Source: Frankiales bacterium (GTDB lineage Bacteria > Actinomycetota > Actinomycetes > Mycobacteriales > Geodermatophilaceae). Taken from it: 64,000 nucleotides of DNA. Shown here in pieces: positions 31,673 through 41,185 of the stretch. Below the pieces are notes generated by a model that was not told where the DNA came from, did no database searches, and saw only the letters and a list, made by a program, of their open reading frames with translations. Position 1 is the stretch's first letter, and each line of letters starts with the position of its first letter. The stretch covers positions 367 through 64,366 of the forward strand of contig JAODNJ010000403.1 in the NCBI GenBank assembly GCA_025465155.1. The letters run 5' to 3'. Made by a program: the position numbers and the translations under genes.

Positions 31673-31900
31673 TCAGTAGTGCCGTTCGCGGCGGAGCCGC
31701 TCGTGCTCGCGTACCAGGGCGGTCGCGTAGCCGTGCGAGATGCCGTGTTCCTCGGCGAGCCAGGTCGACCGCTCCTCGCAGCGCAGGAAGGCGGGTCCGT
31801 TCTCAATGGCTGTGAACCACTCGGTGATGTCACGTCCTGTGACTGACGGGATGCGTTCGATCAGGTTCTTGTGCGTCTCCTGTGAGTGGTTCAAAGACAT
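31673..31900 (-). CDS. DUF4287 family small protein
   Basis: MSLNHSQETHKNLIERIP..TGR...EW, EEHGISHGYA.ALV. Confidence 0.85.
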   Translation of the reverse strand: MSLNHSQETHKNLIERIPSVTGRDITEWFTAIENGPAFLRCEERSTWLAEEHGISHGYATALVREHERLRRERHY

Positions 31901-32115
31901 CTGCACCTCCAGGTCGCTGTACCTTTCTGCTGACTCTGCAACAGGACCCCGGATGAGACAAGCCCCCCACGGGGACCTCTCTGTCACGTTGGGTAGATCC
32001 TCTATTACCGAGCCGGGCCGGGGTCCGGCAGGCCGAGGACGCAGGACGGCCGCGGACACCCTCCCGAGTGAGCTCGGGTGTCCGCGGCCGCTTCCGTACG
32101 GCACCGCTCAGACGA

Positions 32116-33336
32116 TCAGCTGAGGCGCTCCAGCACCATGGCCATGCCCTGGCCGCCGCCCACGCACATGGTCTCGAGACCGAACTGCTTGTCATGGAAC
32201 TGCAGGCTGTTGATCAGCGTGGTCGAGATGCGCGCACCGGTCATGCCGAAGGGGTGCCCCACCGCGATGGCGCCGCCGTTGACGTTCAGCTTGCCGATGT
32301 CGATGCCGAGCTCCTCGGCCGAGGGCAGCACCTGTGCCGCGAAGGCCTCGTTGATCTCGACGAGGTCGATGTCGTCGATGGTCATGCCGGCCTTGGCGAG
32401 GGCCTTACGTGATGCCTCGACCGGGCCCAGGCCCATGATCTCCGGGGACAGGCCGGACACGCCTGTGGCGACCACGCGGGCCAGCGGGGTGATGCCCAGC
32501 TCCGCCGCCTTGGTGTCGCTCATCACTACCAGGGCCGCCGCGCCGTCATTGAGCGCGCAGCAGTTGCCCGCCGTCACGGTGCCGTCCGGGCGGAAAACCG
32601 GCTTGAGCTCGGAGACCTTCTCCAGTGTCGTCCCCGGCCGGGGGCCGTCGTCCTTGGCGGCCATGGTGCCGTCGGGCAGCCTGACCGGCGTGATGTCCCG
32701 CTCCCAGAACCCGTTGCCGAGCGCCTTCTCCGCAAGGTTCTGCGAGCGGACGCCGAACTCGTCCTGAGCCTCGCGGCTGATGCCGCGCAGCGCCGCGACG
32801 TTCTCCGCGGTCTGGCCCATCGCGATGTAGACGTCCGGCAGGTCGCTGTCTTCGCGTGGGTCGCGCCAGACGCCGGCGCCACCCTCCGCCGCCTTGGCCG
32901 TACGAGTGATCGCCTCCCCGAACACCGGGTTCTGGGTGTCCTGGCCGGAATCGCTGCTGCCCTTGACGAAACGGCTGACCATTTCGACGCCCGCGGAGAT
33001 GATCACGTCCGCCTCGCCGGACTTGATCGCGTGAAAGGCCATCCGGGTGGTCTGCAGCGACGATGAGCAGTAGCGCGTGACGGTCGCGCCGGGGAGGCTG
33101 TCGTAGCCGAGGAGCACGGCGACGATCCGGGCCATGTTGTAGCCCTGCTCGCCCCCCGGCAGACCGCAGCCGAGGAGCAGGTCGTCGATGTCGCCAGGGT
33201 CGAGTTGCGGGACCTTGTCGAGTGCCGCCCGGACCATCTGTGCGGTGATGTCGTCGGGACGCAGATCCTTCAGCGAGCCCTTGAACGCGCGTCCGATCGG
33301 GGATCGGGCGGTAGCGACGATGACGGCCTCAGCCAT
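32116..33336 (-). CDS. Acetyl-CoA C-acetyltransferase (thiolase)
   Basis: RYCSSS (catalytic Cys), NEAFA, GHPFG, CVGGGQG. Confidence 0.97.
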   Translation of the reverse strand: MAEAVIVATARSPIGRAFKGSLKDLRPDDITAQMVRAALDKVPQLDPGDIDDLLLGCGLPGGEQGYNMARIVAVLLGYDSLPGATVTRYCSSSLQTTRMAFHAIKSGEADVIISAGVEMVSRFVKGSSDSGQDTQNPVFGEAITRTAKAAEGGAGVWRDPREDSDLPDVYIAMGQTAENVAALRGISREAQDEFGVRSQNLAEKALGNGFWERDITPVRLPDGTMAAKDDGPRPGTTLEKVSELKPVFRPDGTVTAGNCCALNDGAAALVVMSDTKAAELGITPLARVVATGVSGLSPEIMGLGPVEASRKALAKAGMTIDDIDLVEINEAFAAQVLPSAEELGIDIGKLNVNGGAIAVGHPFGMTGARISTTLINSLQFHDKQFGLETMCVGGGQGMAMVLERLS

Positions 33337-33455
33337 GCCGATTCTCCTTGTCTAGGCTGGGTTACCCACGGGTACAGGTGCAACCTAACCCCTGCCGGGG
33401 GCATGCGTACATGTCAGGGGGCCGGTGCGTGCCGACCGGTCCGGGGCGCGCATTG

Positions 33456-34511
33456 TCATGCCCTGCCCGGCGTGGTGGTGGCCGAGCCGTCCGGGCCCGG
33501 ACTCTCGTCGAGGCCCTCTCCGACACTGTCCGCCACCTTGTCGCCGGCCTTGTGCCGCCGTAGCAGGGTGGCCCAGCGCCCCCGGGGCCCGCGTTCCCGG
33601 CCGGCGACCTGGGTGCCGGCGACCTCGGTGCCGGGTTCCTCCGCGGCTTCGGCGGCCGCGAGATAGACCGGGAGCACACCCTCGCCGCGGCGGCGGTCGG
33701 GCAGCACCTCGGCCTCCTGCTCGAAACTCAGAGCGGCGGCCATGGAAGGCAGAAGCGCGGCCGCAGCGGCCGCGTAGCCCCTTGAGGAAGGGTGGTATCT
33801 ATCCGAGCTGAACATCTCCCCAGGATTCGCCGCGAACTCCCCGCCGAGCAGGTCGCCGAGGGAGACCGAGCGGGCCCCCCGCTCCACGACCGCGATGGTC
33901 TGCGCCGCCGCGAGCTGCCTGCTCGCCCGCTGCGCGAACCATCGCAGGGGCTGCATCACCGGCTTCACCGAGCCCAGGTCGGGGCAGGTCCCCACGACCA
34001 CCACGCAGCCCGCGTCGAGCAACCGTCGCACCGCACCGTCCAGATGGCGTACGGATTCGGCCGCCGGCACCCGCGCGGTGACGTCGTTAGCGCCGATCAT
34101 GATGACCGCCACGTCCGGGTCCGCCAGCAGCGCTCGGGTGGTCTGCTCGGCGAGAGTCTCGGACCGGGCACCGGACCGCGCCACATTGGTGAGCCGCACC
34201 GGCCGGGAGGAGATCGCGGACAACCCGGCGGCGAGCAGCGCGGCCGGGGTCTCATCCGGGTCCTCCACGCCGAGTCCGGCCGCCGTCGAATCCCCCATCA
34301 TCACGAAGGCGATCGGATCGCCGGGGGAGCCGGCGCCGTACACCCGGTCGGCCACCGGCGGATCTCCGTAGGGCGTGGCCTGGATGATCTTCTTGGCCAT
34401 CCGGGCCTCGGCCACCAGCAGCCCGAAGGTGACCCCGCCGAGCGCAGTGAGGCCGCCGCCTCCGTAGGCGGCGGCTCTCGCGATGCGCCGTGCGGTGAGC
34501 GCTCGAATCAC
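33456..34511 (-). CDS. SGNH/GDSL hydrolase
   Basis: GDSTAAG, IGAND, DRYHP; conserved neighbour of cbs. Confidence 0.9.
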   Translation of the reverse strand: MIRALTARRIARAAAYGGGGLTALGGVTFGLLVAEARMAKKIIQATPYGDPPVADRVYGAGSPGDPIAFVMMGDSTAAGLGVEDPDETPAALLAAGLSAISSRPVRLTNVARSGARSETLAEQTTRALLADPDVAVIMIGANDVTARVPAAESVRHLDGAVRRLLDAGCVVVVGTCPDLGSVKPVMQPLRWFAQRASRQLAAAQTIAVVERGARSVSLGDLLGGEFAANPGEMFSSDRYHPSSRGYAAAAAALLPSMAAALSFEQEAEVLPDRRRGEGVLPVYLAAAEAAEEPGTEVAGTQVAGRERGPRGRWATLLRRHKAGDKVADSVGEGLDESPGPDGSATTTPGRA

Positions 34512-34844
34512 TTATCCATCACCGGCCCCCTCATCCTGCCCGCGTCACGTCGCGCGTCCGCGTTGACAACAATCACGCCGGGTCACCGCGGCCGCTCGTC
34601 CCCCATGGTGGACTACCGTCGCGCCGTGCTGGACTTCGGGCCCACCGATGGAGGCGCCACACTCGCGCCCTGGACGCCGCGCCGCGGTTTCACGGCCATA
34701 CTTGTCCGGTGGCCTGGCTATCGTGACCGGGGACAGGGACGAAGCGAGTCCCAGGCCGCAGAAATACGATGGAAACGTATCCGGATCCGCTGGTGGCCAG
34801 TCTGTCGGCGACGCGGACAGGGCAAAGCTGACAAGGACGTCGCT

Positions 34845-36224
34845 GTGCAAGTACACGATTCGCTGATCGAGCTGATGGGCGACACCCCTCTCGTCCGGCT
34901 ACGCAAAGTGACCTCGGGGCTGGCGCCACAAGTGCTGGCCAAGGTCGAATACTTCAACCCCGGTGGCTCGGTCAAGGATCGCATCGCCGTACGCATGATC
35001 GAGGCCGCGGAGGAGTCGGGTGCGCTGAAGCCCGGCGGCACGATTGTCGAGCCCACGTCCGGAAACACCGGCGTGGGGCTGGCCATCGTGGCCCAGGAGC
35101 GGGGTTATCGCTGTGTCTTCGTCTGCCCGGACAAGGTCGGCGGCGACAAGATCAATGTGCTGAGGGCTTACGGCGCCGAGGTGGTGATCTGCCCCACGGC
35201 GGTGTCACCCGAGCACCCGGAGTCCTACTACTCGGTGTCCGACCGGCTGGCCCGGGAGATCTCCGGGGCGTGGAAGCCGGACCAGTACGTGAACCCCAAC
35301 AACCCGTTGTCGCACTACGAATCGACGGGCCCGGAGATCTGGGAACAGACCGACGGCCGCGTGACCCATTTCGTGGCGGGCATCGGCACGGGGGGCACGA
35401 TCTCCGGCACCGGCCGCTATCTCAAGGAGATCTCCGGCGGCCGGGTGAAAATCATCGGTGCCGACCCCGAGGGCTCGGTCTATTCCGGCGGCACCGGACG
35501 CCCGTACCTCGTCGAGGGCGTCGGCGAGGACATCTGGCCGCAGACCTATGACCGCGAGATCTGCGACGAGATCATGGCGGTGAGCGACCGCGACTCCTTC
35601 GTGATGACTCGCCGGCTGGCTCGCGAAGAGGCTTTGCTGGTCGGTGGATCCTGCGGGCTCGCGGTGGTGGCGGGGCTGCGGGTGGCCGCGACGGCCGCGC
35701 CCGACGATGTGATCGTGGTGCTGCTGCCGGACGGCGGCCGGGGCTATCTCTCCAAGATCTTCAACGACGACTGGATGGCGGACTACGGTTTCCTGGCGTC
35801 CTCGTCGGAAGAGGCCAAGGTCGGCGAGGTGCTGGCGCGCAAGAGCCCGGGCATGCCGGAGTTCGTGCACGTGCATCCCGACGAGACGGTCGATACCGCC
35901 ATCTCGGTGATGAGGGAGTACAACGTCTCGCAGCTTCCGGTCATGAAGGAGGAGCCGCCGGTCATGGCCGCCGAGGTGGTCGGCTCCATCGTGGAGCGTG
36001 ACCTGCTCGACGCGCTCGTCCAGGGCCGGGCGCGGCTGGAGGACCAGATCGAGGGGCACATGTCACCACCGCTGCCGATGATCGGCTCGGGCGAGCCGGT
36101 GAGCAAGGCGGTCGGTGTGCTGGAGAAGGCCGGAGCGGCGGTCGTCCTCATCGACGGCAAGCCGGCGGGTGTCATCACCCGCCAGGACCTGCTGGGCTTT
36201 CTCGCCAGCGCGGCCGGGGCCTGA
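34845..36224 (+). CDS. cbs: Cystathionine beta-synthase (with C-terminal CBS domains)
   Basis: NPGGSVKDRIA, EPTSGNTG, GTGGT, YLSKIFND, CBS pair. GTG 34845 lies within ORF 33792..36224. Confidence 0.96.
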   Translation: MQVHDSLIELMGDTPLVRLRKVTSGLAPQVLAKVEYFNPGGSVKDRIAVRMIEAAEESGALKPGGTIVEPTSGNTGVGLAIVAQERGYRCVFVCPDKVGGDKINVLRAYGAEVVICPTAVSPEHPESYYSVSDRLAREISGAWKPDQYVNPNNPLSHYESTGPEIWEQTDGRVTHFVAGIGTGGTISGTGRYLKEISGGRVKIIGADPEGSVYSGGTGRPYLVEGVGEDIWPQTYDREICDEIMAVSDRDSFVMTRRLAREEALLVGGSCGLAVVAGLRVAATAAPDDVIVVLLPDGGRGYLSKIFNDDWMADYGFLASSSEEAKVGEVLARKSPGMPEFVHVHPDETVDTAISVMREYNVSQLPVMKEEPPVMAAEVVGSIVERDLLDALVQGRARLEDQIEGHMSPPLPMIGSGEPVSKAVGVLEKAGAAVVLIDGKPAGVITRQDLLGFLASAAGA

Positions 36225-36268
36225 CGGGCCCCGCTCTGCCCGCTGCGGGGGCCCGTTAACCTCGGGGG

Positions 36269-37423
36269 ATGGACCGTTTCAGCGACGCAGCCGGTTTTGA
36301 GACCCTGGCCATCCATGCCGGTCAGGAGCCCGATCCCGCCACGGGGGCGGTCGTGCCGCCCATCTATCAGGTTTCGACGTACAAGCAGGACGGCATCGGG
36401 GGCCTGCGGGGCGGCTATGAATACAGCCGATCCGGCAATCCGACCCGCACGGCGCTGGAGGAGTGCCTCGCCGCCATCGAGGGCGGCACCCGCGGCCTGG
36501 CCTTCGCCTCCGGCCTGGCGGCCGAGGACACGCTGCTGCGAACGATCTGCAAGCCCGGAGACCACGTCCTGATCCCCGGGGACGCCTACGGCGGCACCTA
36601 CCGGCTCTTCGCCAAGGTCCTGGAGCCCTGGGGCGTGGCCTTCGACCCCGTGCCGCTCTCCGACATCGGCGCGGTTCGCGCCGCCCTACGCCCGGAGACG
36701 GTCGCGATCTGGGTGGAGACCCCCACCAACCCACTGCTGGGCGTCGCCGACATCGCCGCGCTGGCCCAGGTGGCCCATGGCGCCGGAGCCCTGCTCGTCG
36801 TGGACAACACTTTCGCCTCGCCCTATCTCCAGCAGCCGCTCGCACTGGGTGCGGATGTGGTCGTGCACTCGACCACCAAATACCTGGGGGGCCACTCCGA
36901 CGTGGTCGGCGGAGCGCTCGTGGTGGCCGACGGCTCCCTCGGTGAACAGCTGACCTTCCACCAGAACGCGATGGGGGCCATCGCCGGGCCGTTCGACGCC
37001 TGGCTCACGCTGCGCGGCATCAAGACCCTGGGCGTACGGATGGAGCGGCACTCCGCCAACGCCGCCGCCATCGTGGACATGCTCGTGCGGCACCCACGCG
37101 TGGCCGAGGTCCGTTATCCCGGTCTGCCGGGGCACCCGGGGTACGACGTCGCCGCGAAGCAGATGCGCGCCTTCGGCGGCATGGTGTCGTTCCGCCTGGC
37201 CGAAGGTGAGGAGGCGGCCGTGCGAGTGTGCGAGAAGACCGAGCTGTTCACCCTCGGCGAGTCGCTCGGAGGCGTCGAATCCCTCATCGAGCACCCAGGC
37301 CGGATGACCCACGCGTCAGCGGCCGGCTCGCCGCTGGAGGTGCCGCCCGACCTGGTACGGCTGTCGGTCGGCATCGAGGATCTCGACGACCTGATGCGCG
37401 ACCTCGAACGAGCGCTCGCCTGA
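36269..37423 (+). CDS. metB: Cystathionine gamma-synthase/gamma-lyase (PLP)
   Basis: YSRSGNPT, ETPTNP, VDNTF, HSTTKYLGGHSD, ESLGGVESL. Confidence 0.93.
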   Translation: MDRFSDAAGFETLAIHAGQEPDPATGAVVPPIYQVSTYKQDGIGGLRGGYEYSRSGNPTRTALEECLAAIEGGTRGLAFASGLAAEDTLLRTICKPGDHVLIPGDAYGGTYRLFAKVLEPWGVAFDPVPLSDIGAVRAALRPETVAIWVETPTNPLLGVADIAALAQVAHGAGALLVVDNTFASPYLQQPLALGADVVVHSTTKYLGGHSDVVGGALVVADGSLGEQLTFHQNAMGAIAGPFDAWLTLRGIKTLGVRMERHSANAAAIVDMLVRHPRVAEVRYPGLPGHPGYDVAAKQMRAFGGMVSFRLAEGEEAAVRVCEKTELFTLGESLGGVESLIEHPGRMTHASAAGSPLEVPPDLVRLSVGIEDLDDLMRDLERALA

Positions 37424-37527
37424 GAGACTCCCCCCTCTTGCCGGCCACCACGGTGAGCGATCTCCATGCGCGGCCCTGACCTGGGATCTATGATGACGCC
37501 AGATTCCACCACAAGAGGGAGCATTGG

Positions 37528-38499
37528 GTGCGCAAGGCATTGGTGCTCAGTGCGGCGGTCGCCGCCGCCTACGCGACGTCGGCGCTCACGCCGGCCTACA
37601 GCGAGACGTTCCCCCGGCGCGAGCCCGTCGTGCCCGCGGCTCCGGCCGCCACCGCCGGGCTGGGGGGCCAGGTGGACACGGCCGAGGCCTTCATCGTCAC
37701 GCTGCCCCGCCTGCAGCAGAAGACGTATTCCTACGGCGCTCAGCGGGAACAGCAGATGGACGCCTACTGGCGGGCCCCCCTGAAGGGGACGCAGCCGGCG
37801 ATCGTGCTGTTGCACGGCGGCTACTGGCTGCAGGGGGACAAGTCCTCCTGGCGCGACGTCGCGCGGCGGCTGACCGGCCGTGGATATGCGGTCTTCGCGC
37901 CGGACTACCGGCTCAGCGGGGTCGCGCCATGGCCGGCGCAGCGCGACGACGCCGAGGCCGCACTCGCCTTCGTCAAGCGGCACGCCGGCCACTTCAAGGT
38001 GGACACGTCCCGGATCGTGGTGCTCGGGTCCTCGGCCGGCGGGCAGCTGGCGACGATGCTCGGCACCTATGGCTCGGGGGAGCAGCGCGTCCGGGGCGTG
38101 GTCGCCCTGTCACCGGTGAACTCGCCCTACCTCGGTTATGTCGACGGGGGCGCGGCCACGGCGTCCAGCGCGTCGGCGAAACTCCGCAGGGCCGTGAAGC
38201 AGTTGATCGGCTGCACGCCGGAGGCCGGGGACCTGACCTGCTGGCACCGGATGGAGGACGTCGCCCCGGCCACCTACGCGAGCGCGGACGACGCGCCGGT
38301 GCTGATCATGCACTCGGCCGACGAGTTCGTGCCCGCCGCGCACAGCACCGGGTTGGTCTCGACCCTGAGGGGCCTGGGTGTGCAGGCGACCATGCACGTC
38401 GTGCCTGGCGCGGTCCATGGCGCAGGGATCCTCGGCAATGCCACGGCGTGGCGGACGGTCGTCTCCTGGATCGACTCGGTGGCGAAGACCAAGGCATAG
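37528..38499 (+). CDS. Secreted alpha/beta hydrolase (esterase, BD-FAE-like)
   Basis: Signal peptide, HGGYW, GSSAGG nucleophile, DEFV, HG. Confidence 0.85.
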   Translation: MRKALVLSAAVAAAYATSALTPAYSETFPRREPVVPAAPAATAGLGGQVDTAEAFIVTLPRLQQKTYSYGAQREQQMDAYWRAPLKGTQPAIVLLHGGYWLQGDKSSWRDVARRLTGRGYAVFAPDYRLSGVAPWPAQRDDAEAALAFVKRHAGHFKVDTSRIVVLGSSAGGQLATMLGTYGSGEQRVRGVVALSPVNSPYLGYVDGGAATASSASAKLRRAVKQLIGCTPEAGDLTCWHRMEDVAPATYASADDAPVLIMHSADEFVPAAHSTGLVSTLRGLGVQATMHVVPGAVHGAGILGNATAWRTVVSWIDSVAKTKA

Positions 38500-38508
38500 T
38501 CGGTCTGG

Positions 38509-39111
38509 CTACCGGCCGTACCAGACCATCAGGACCAGGATCACCAGCCAGAGCAGTGCGACGACGCCGGAGATCGCGGCGATCCGGCCCTGCTCCACCT
38601 GTGCGACCGGCTCGGTGGAGACGGCCCCGGTGTCGCGCCGGATGTCGGCGCCGGCTCCGGGGACCGAGGTCTCCCGCGCGGCGGCGGCCGCGGCCGGGCC
38701 CTCGTCCACGGGTGCCCCCGCGGCCGGCTGCTCGCCGGTGCCGGTGGCCGGTTCGCCCGCCGTGTCCGGCGCGGCCACGTGCCCGGCGGCGGCGAGTTCG
38801 AGGGCGTGGACCGCCTTGCGCTGGTCGCGCTCCACGATGAACAGCAGTACGAGGGCGACGATGAAGAGCGTCATCGAGGCCGACAGCCAAACCTGGGCGA
38901 ACTTGCCCTTCGCCAGGAGCAGCCCGAACAGGAAGACGCCCAGGGTCAGCACACCGTAGATACGCGTCGCCCGGTTCAGGTAGCGAAGCACCGTGACCTC
39001 CCGCCTGCGGATATAGCGCGGGGAGGCCATGGTGGCCGCGGTGAGGGGGCCCAGGGTGAAGATCGCAAAGCCGAGGTGCAGGAGCAGCAGCAGGCGATCG
39101 GTGCTCGACAT
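38509..39111 (-). CDS. DUF2269-like membrane protein with an Ala/Pro-rich insertion
   Basis: LLHLGFAIFTLGP, QVWLSAS, GRIAAISG, ILVLMVW; 4 TMs. Confidence 0.7.
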   Translation of the reverse strand: MSSTDRLLLLLHLGFAIFTLGPLTAATMASPRYIRRREVTVLRYLNRATRIYGVLTLGVFLFGLLLAKGKFAQVWLSASMTLFIVALVLLFIVERDQRKAVHALELAAAGHVAAPDTAGEPATGTGEQPAAGAPVDEGPAAAAAARETSVPGAGADIRRDTGAVSTEPVAQVEQGRIAAISGVVALLWLVILVLMVWYGR

Positions 39112-39216
39112 GACGCAGACCCTAATCGCACGCAGCGTCATCCTCTACGCCGCCACGCGCACCAGCCCACTCAAACGCGGAGAAAGCACCGCGTCACCGG
39201 TCGGAGCGGCACGGCG

Positions 39217-41169
39217 TCAACTCGCGCGGCGGCGGGCCCGCAGGTAGTCGCTGACGAGATACTCCCCGAGCCGGTCCGGCGTGGGGGCGAACACCCGCCC
39301 GCCGTTGCGGCGCGCTACCTCCTCCACGAAGGAGACCAGCCGGCGGTCGTCGGCCAGCATGAACACGTTCAGCGTCGCGCCGCGCCGCGTCATCCTGTCG
39401 ACCTCGGCCATGGTGAGCACCAGGGTCTCCGGCGACGGCGGGTAGTCGAACACCGAATGCCCGTCGCCGCGCAGATGCGCGGTCGGCTCGCCGTCGGTGA
39501 CCACCAGCACGATGGGCTCGAAGTCGGGGTGCTGGTCGAGATGACGCCCCGCGATCATGAGGGCGTGGTGGAGGTTCGTGCCCTGCACCATGTCCCAGTC
39601 CAGACCGGCCATCTCGGTCGAGTGCAGGACCCGGGCGTAGTTCGAGAAGCCGATGATCTGGATGGAGTCCTGCGGATACTTGGTGGTCACCAGGGAGTGC
39701 AGGGCCAGAGCGGTCTGCTTGGCGGTTCCCCACGTCCCGCGCAGCACCATCGAGTAGGACAGGTCCACGAGCAGGCAGACCGCGGCCGCCGTACGGCTTT
39801 CGGTCTCGAGCACCTCGAAGTCGTCCGCCCGCAGGCGCACCGGCCGGTCGGCACCGGACCGGCGTACGGCGTTGCCGAGGGTGCGGACGACGTCGATGGG
39901 CTGCTCGTCACCGAACCGCCACTCCCGGCTGGCACCGGTGAGCTCTCCGGCCTGGCCGGCGCTGTCCTGGTCGTGGTCTCCACGCCGCCCGGCCTCGAGC
40001 TGGTCGAACACCCGCCGGAGCGCCGTCTCGCCGAGGCGGCGCACGGCTTTCGGGGTGAGCTCGAGCGAACCACCCCGGCGCCGCAGGTATCCCTGCCGCT
40101 CCAGCTCGGCCTCGATGCGCCGCAGCCCCGCCAGGTCGTCGACCGCCTGGCGGCCGAGCGCGCGCCGGACCGCCTCCTCGTCGATGTCGTCCATCCGGGC
40201 GCCGGGGTAGTCCTGGCGCAGTGCCGCCTCGAGGTCGGCCAGATCGGCGAGCTCCTCCAGCGCGGTGGTCGCGTCACCCATCCCCATGGGGTCGTCGCCG
40301 GTCATCCGCTCGGATCCGCCCCAGTCGAGGTCGGGCCGCCGGGCGCGGAGGGAGTCCGACAGCCGCGACATCTCCAGGGCCAGGCCGGCGTCCTCGAGCG
40401 CCTCCGCCATGAGGCCGGCCAGCTCCGAACGCTGCTCGGGGGTGAGCGAGGACAGAAGCCGGTTCATCGCGGCCGCCCGCCGGGCGAGCGAGTCGACCAG
40501 CTCCTCGAGCGTGCCGGGAGAGTCCGGGAACAGGTCTCCGTACTCCCCCATGAAACGCTCGAAGTCCTCTTGGGTGTGCTCCCCGCGGGCGTCCTTCTCG
40601 AGCATCGCGTTCAGCCCGGCCATCATGTCCTTGACCCGCTGCATCATGGCCGGGTCGGACTGCTCGAGGGCCTGCTTCATGCCACGGAACTGCGAGTCGA
40701 GCACATCACGGCGCAGGAGGTTCTTGAGCTCCTCGAAGGTCGCCCGCGCCTGCGGCGACCGCCAGTCGTAGTCCCTGAGCCGGGTGATCGCCTGCGCGGT
40801 GTCGTTCGGCAGTGTGTCGAGCTCGGCCTCCCGGATCCTGGCGTCATCGCCCGGATCCGGGAACAGCGCCGCGCGCTCCTGCCCGATCGCGGTGTCGAGG
40901 AGTGCCCGGGCCTGCTCCAGGGTGCCGTCGAGCCTGCCCTGTCCGCGCAGGTCCCGCCGGCGGTCGCGGACCCGGCGGAGCAGGTCCTCCAGGCCCCGGC
41001 CCCGTGGCGACCCGGGAAGGCCGCGGCGGAGCAGATCCCGCAGGGCCTCCGCCGGGCTCGTTCCCTCGAGCACCGAGTCGCCCATCGAGTCCAGCGCCGC
41101 CCGTACGTCGTAGGGCGGGTCGAGCGGATCGGGCCCGTCGTGGTAGGCCCCGTACCGGTAGCGCGTCAT
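39217..41169 (-). CDS. vWA-domain protein (partner of the chelatase-like ATPase, Rv0959-like)
   Basis: MIDAS DLSYS, GTNLHHAL, VTDGEPTAH; long helical N-terminus. Confidence 0.9.
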   Translation of the reverse strand: MTRYRYGAYHDGPDPLDPPYDVRAALDSMGDSVLEGTSPAEALRDLLRRGLPGSPRGRGLEDLLRRVRDRRRDLRGQGRLDGTLEQARALLDTAIGQERAALFPDPGDDARIREAELDTLPNDTAQAITRLRDYDWRSPQARATFEELKNLLRRDVLDSQFRGMKQALEQSDPAMMQRVKDMMAGLNAMLEKDARGEHTQEDFERFMGEYGDLFPDSPGTLEELVDSLARRAAAMNRLLSSLTPEQRSELAGLMAEALEDAGLALEMSRLSDSLRARRPDLDWGGSERMTGDDPMGMGDATTALEELADLADLEAALRQDYPGARMDDIDEEAVRRALGRQAVDDLAGLRRIEAELERQGYLRRRGGSLELTPKAVRRLGETALRRVFDQLEAGRRGDHDQDSAGQAGELTGASREWRFGDEQPIDVVRTLGNAVRRSGADRPVRLRADDFEVLETESRTAAAVCLLVDLSYSMVLRGTWGTAKQTALALHSLVTTKYPQDSIQIIGFSNYARVLHSTEMAGLDWDMVQGTNLHHALMIAGRHLDQHPDFEPIVLVVTDGEPTAHLRGDGHSVFDYPPSPETLVLTMAEVDRMTRRGATLNVFMLADDRRLVSFVEEVARRNGGRVFAPTPDRLGEYLVSDYLRARRRAS

Positions 41170-41185
41170 GCTGGTCGCCTCACCG

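Noticed and set aside
37428-37520. Anti-RBS pairing upstream of the alpha/beta hydrolase (ccctcttg / caagaggg)
   Set aside because: Only ~8-10 bp over a 70-nt span; could easily be chance in this composition.
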